Source: Deinococcales bacterium
Lineage (GTDB): Bacteria > Deinococcota > Deinococci > Deinococcales > JAAFIG01
Direction: 5' to 3'
Assembly (NCBI GenBank): GCA_043778225.1
Contig: JAYWGM010000035.1
Coordinates: 1-31,496, forward strand
Length of the DNA: 31,496 nt
Position 1 is the stretch's first letter; every line of letters begins with the position of its first letter. Below, one piece after another: positions 28,517 to 31,496 of the stretch. The notes beneath the pieces are model-generated. The model had not been told where the DNA came from, searched no databases, and was given only the letters and a program-made list of their open reading frames with translations. The translations under genes and the position numbers were made by a program.

Positions 28517-31390
28517 TCACCGAGCTTGCCACGGATTGCCCGCAGGAAAATTAACCAGCGTTCCGCTCGAGCCATCCGTAATTTCATTGAGTGCGGTTGT
28601 CCCACTTGGGCTGTCCAATTTGAAATAGGCGACCAGATTTGTTGGGTACGGGGCGTTGAGTTCACGAAGTGCATCTTGTTGAACTTGGTTGCTTGTCCGA
28701 GCCACATTCCAAATTCGTACCTCGTCGAGTACGCCACCAAAACCCGGAGCAGGGTTGTTGCGTCCCATCAGCAGCGTAGAGGGCGTGAAAAGTTGCAAAC
28801 CATCGGTGGAATCGGTGGCGCTGGCAGCCAGCACACCATCTAGGTACAAAGTTAAAGAACTTGCGGCGTTCCGCACAAAGGCAAGGTGATGCCATTGGTT
28901 GTCGTTGACCAATTGGCTCGAGAGCAGCGTAGATACATCGCAAGTTAGAAAGCTGCCCGTTTTCGTACCGCAGTATTCAAGACCAATTTTACCGTTGCTA
29001 AAAAAGAGATTAAATGGTTGCTTCCCGATTTTTAGCATACTGACAATCGGGTAGGTTTCATTTTGGTTAAATGCCGTGTTGGGAATCTTGACCCAAGTTT
29101 CGACGGTGTAACTTTGGGCGGTTGCGCTGGTCAGGGTATTATCTGTGGCGGATACAACCGCATCGCGTGAACCACCAAAGTTGAGGGCATTAGCAAAGTT
29201 CTTGGTTGCGTTGAGCAAAACCGAAATAACGCCAGAGGGAGAATCGGTGATGGTGAGAATGTCAAGCGCTCGATCGTTGTTGAAGTCGCCCAATTCCACC
29301 GCAGAAGCGAAGTTCCCTCCGATTGTGGGACTGACAGGATTACTAAAACCGCCCAGACCATCGCCAATCAGTACCTGTACTTTGCTTCCAGAGGTGTAGG
29401 CTGGCAAGGCTGCGTCGAGTTTACCATCGCCATTGAGGTCGCCTAAGGAAACCAAATCCGCCCGTTGGGTAAAACTAAACTTTGTCCCAAAGCTAAATCC
29501 GCCTTGACCATTGCCCAATAATGGTAGGACTGCAAGGGCAGAGACCGCCAGTGCATCGAGTTTGTTATCGCCATTTAAGTCGCCAAGGGCAATCGAAGTG
29601 ACTGCGTTTCCAAGCGTGGTATCCAGCGCAATATCTGTGGTTTTGACAAAGCCACCAAAACCATTACCAATCAGTACCGAAGCACTGCTCGAGTTTAAGT
29701 TAAAAACCATCGCATCAAGAGAACCATCGTTATTGAAGTCGCCAATTTCAATTTTAATTGGAAATGCCCCAACCGCAACCTCCGAGATTTTAGCAAAACC
29801 ACCCAGACCGTTGCCTATCAGCACCGAAACATCGTTTGAGCTCAGGTTGACAACGGCGGCATCGAGTTGACCATCGTTATTAAAGTCACCGAGTGCCAGT
29901 GACTTTGGAGCATTGCCAGCAATCACATCTGGAGCGCTCGAGAATGTTCCGTCGCCGTTTCCCAGTTTGACCGCGACCACCCCATCAGCGAAAGTGGCAA
30001 TCATGGCATCCAAGTTGCCATCGCCGTTCAAGTCGCCCAACGCCGAAGCGCTAGGCGCAATAACTGCAAAGCTAAGATTTGGGGCGGTGGTGAAGCCACC
30101 CTGTCCGTTGCCCAGACGCACCACCACCGTGTTGGCGGATTGATCACTGGTTATCGTATCGAGGTTGCCATCGTTGTTAAAATCACCTAAACTGCCCAGT
30201 TCACTGTTAAGTCCAATTGCAAAATTCTGACCCACCAATGCCACGCTTGGAATGCTGCTACCCACTTTTGGCAGACTGGCAACCCGAAACCTCGAGACAC
30301 GACGACATGAGCTTGACCCCGAAGCTGTGCTGATGTTCTGGGTTTGCGCCACTTCGACTTCTTCGCTTGGAAAAAAAGCCTGGCTATTGGTTTGGATTAA
30401 ATTATTGCCCGTTGCCAAATAGCCACTCGAGCGAGTCCCAGATTGTAAACCACGCACAGTCAAGCCCAAATTGGTGTTTAGCAAAGATGGAAAAGTCGCT
30501 GTTACACTCGAGTTGATAGGATTAAACATGGTGTTTGGGGCAGGCGTAAGGTTTGAACTTGTGATGCGCCCATCGAGCGTGAAGCCTTGGGTTGCCACAA
30601 GTGGGTTAGCTGTTCGCACCCCACACAGTGCTTGGCTGGCACTGAGCGCGTAACTCGAGCCAGTCATGATTCGCACCAGTGCAGGGGCAGCCAAGCTACC
30701 CACACCCCGCGCTCGAGCCAGAACAAGCCCATCATTATTTTGTTCGGCTTGACTTTGCGTCACAACACCGATGTCGTCGGTACTGACAATAAAGGTTAGT
30801 GCAAAACGGTACGGCGCGGTTGTGGCAGCGTTATCCTGTGCCGTAGGAAGCTGCACCGCCAGTGTGACTTGCCCCATGCTGCCACTGAAAATGCTTCTCA
30901 GGTGCGAAGTGGCACTTCTACGGGCAATAAAACCATACTCGAGCGCGGTGTCGGATGCGCCAATCACACCAGCATTACGCGCCGCTATTGTTAAATTATT
31001 TGCCTCGAGTGGTAACAGAATACCCATATCAGCCCGAAAAGGGTCAACCGCCAACGAGCCATTCGTTCCGTGGGCTGGTTTGATGCTCTGGGCGTTGCTA
31101 CTCGAGGCAGTGCCACCAAAAGTAAAAATGTTTTTGACAGCCGTCCCACCGACATTGCTCGAGGCTTGGTTGTACGCCACCAGCATGATGTTTTGTAAGA
31201 TGTTACCACTGGTTTGCCTCAGTCCAAAAGTTGCCGAAAGGGTGCGAATCCCAGCTTCATCTCGAGTCAGTACACTGGTTGGTGGAACAAAAGTAAACGA
31301 TGCTTCTGGTTGCACAGTTAGCGCTGCTGTACCGAGTTTGGCACTCGAGAAAACTGCTTTTGGGGCAGTGTTATCGCTCGAGAAAACCAC
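28517..31390 (-). CDS. FG-GAP (integrin-like beta-propeller) repeat protein with C-terminal LamG domain; true start uncertain
   Basis: Seven GD(F/L)N(N/G)DxxLD repeats. LamG motifs TVETWVK, QWHHLAFV, LYLDG, LDEVRIWN and LVAYF. Confidence 0.85.
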   Translation of the reverse strand: MVFSSDNTAPKAVFSSAKLGTAALTVQPEASFTFVPPTSVLTRDEAGIRTLSATFGLRQTSGNILQNIMLVAYNQASSNVGGTAVKNIFTFGGTASSSNAQSIKPAHGTNGSLAVDPFRADMGILLPLEANNLTIAARNAGVIGASDTALEYGFIARRSATSHLRSIFSGSMGQVTLAVQLPTAQDNAATTAPYRFALTFIVSTDDIGVVTQSQAEQNNDGLVLARARGVGSLAAPALVRIMTGSSYALSASQALCGVRTANPLVATQGFTLDGRITSSNLTPAPNTMFNPINSSVTATFPSLLNTNLGLTVRGLQSGTRSSGYLATGNNLIQTNSQAFFPSEEVEVAQTQNISTASGSSSCRRVSRFRVASLPKVGSSIPSVALVGQNFAIGLNSELGSLGDFNNDGNLDTITSDQSANTVVVRLGNGQGGFTTAPNLSFAVIAPSASALGDLNGDGNLDAMIATFADGVVAVKLGNGDGTFSSAPDVIAGNAPKSLALGDFNNDGQLDAAVVNLSSNDVSVLIGNGLGGFAKISEVAVGAFPIKIEIGDFNNDGSLDAMVFNLNSSSASVLIGNGFGGFVKTTDIALDTTLGNAVTSIALGDLNGDNKLDALAVSALAVLPLLGNGQGGFSFGTKFSFTQRADLVSLGDLNGDGKLDAALPAYTSGSKVQVLIGDGLGGFSNPVSPTIGGNFASAVELGDFNNDRALDILTITDSPSGVISVLLNATKNFANALNFGGSRDAVVSATDNTLTSATAQSYTVETWVKIPNTAFNQNETYPIVSMLKIGKQPFNLFFSNGKIGLEYCGTKTGSFLTCDVSTLLSSQLVNDNQWHHLAFVRNAASSLTLYLDGVLAASATDSTDGLQLFTPSTLLMGRNNPAPGFGGVLDEVRIWNVARTSNQVQQDALRELNAPYPTNLVAYFKLDSPSGTTALNEITDGSSGTLVNFPAGNPWQAR

Positions 31391-31496
31391 CTCGAGCCGT
31401 AGGGCAAACGCACCAACTATGCCTTGCCTGATAAACCAAGTAACGATAGCAAGTAATCATCATGTAATAACGCCTTCAAACGTTTCCGTCGCTTAG

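Noticed and set aside
29270..30200. Recurring GTCGCC/GCCATC nucleotide repeats
   Set aside because: Explained by the seven FG-GAP protein repeats.

Overview
Gene-dense bacterial chromosomal window of moderate GC, most likely from a Deinococcota organism (inference from -10 boxes directly abutting start codons and from the gene families present). Housekeeping genes (pdp, ppk1, purE/purK, rnhA, quinone oxidoreductase, ClC, histidine phosphatase, ABC-2 transporter, DinB) are interleaved with accessory genes: two S8 lipoprotein proteases, a TPR-GGDEF cyclase, two wHTH/BTAD-STAND-TPR regulators, an AAA ATPase pair, HxlR/VOC, an FG-GAP/LamG protein and two toxin-deleted TA relics. I found no rRNA, tRNA, CRISPR array or transposase. 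The strongest unexplained signal is a small SEC-C gene (5054-5292, minus strand). Its only good RBS+ATG and its terminator-adjacent stop are joined only by two +1 shifts at identical GC-TTT-TGA sites, which suggests double programmed frameshifting. Other notable features are heavy over-representation of CTCGAG, an S8 protease with tandem GTSxW heptapeptides directly upstream of a TPR diguanylate cyclase, a tandemly amplified operator-like 23-mer, and a leader hairpin carrying an anti-SD.
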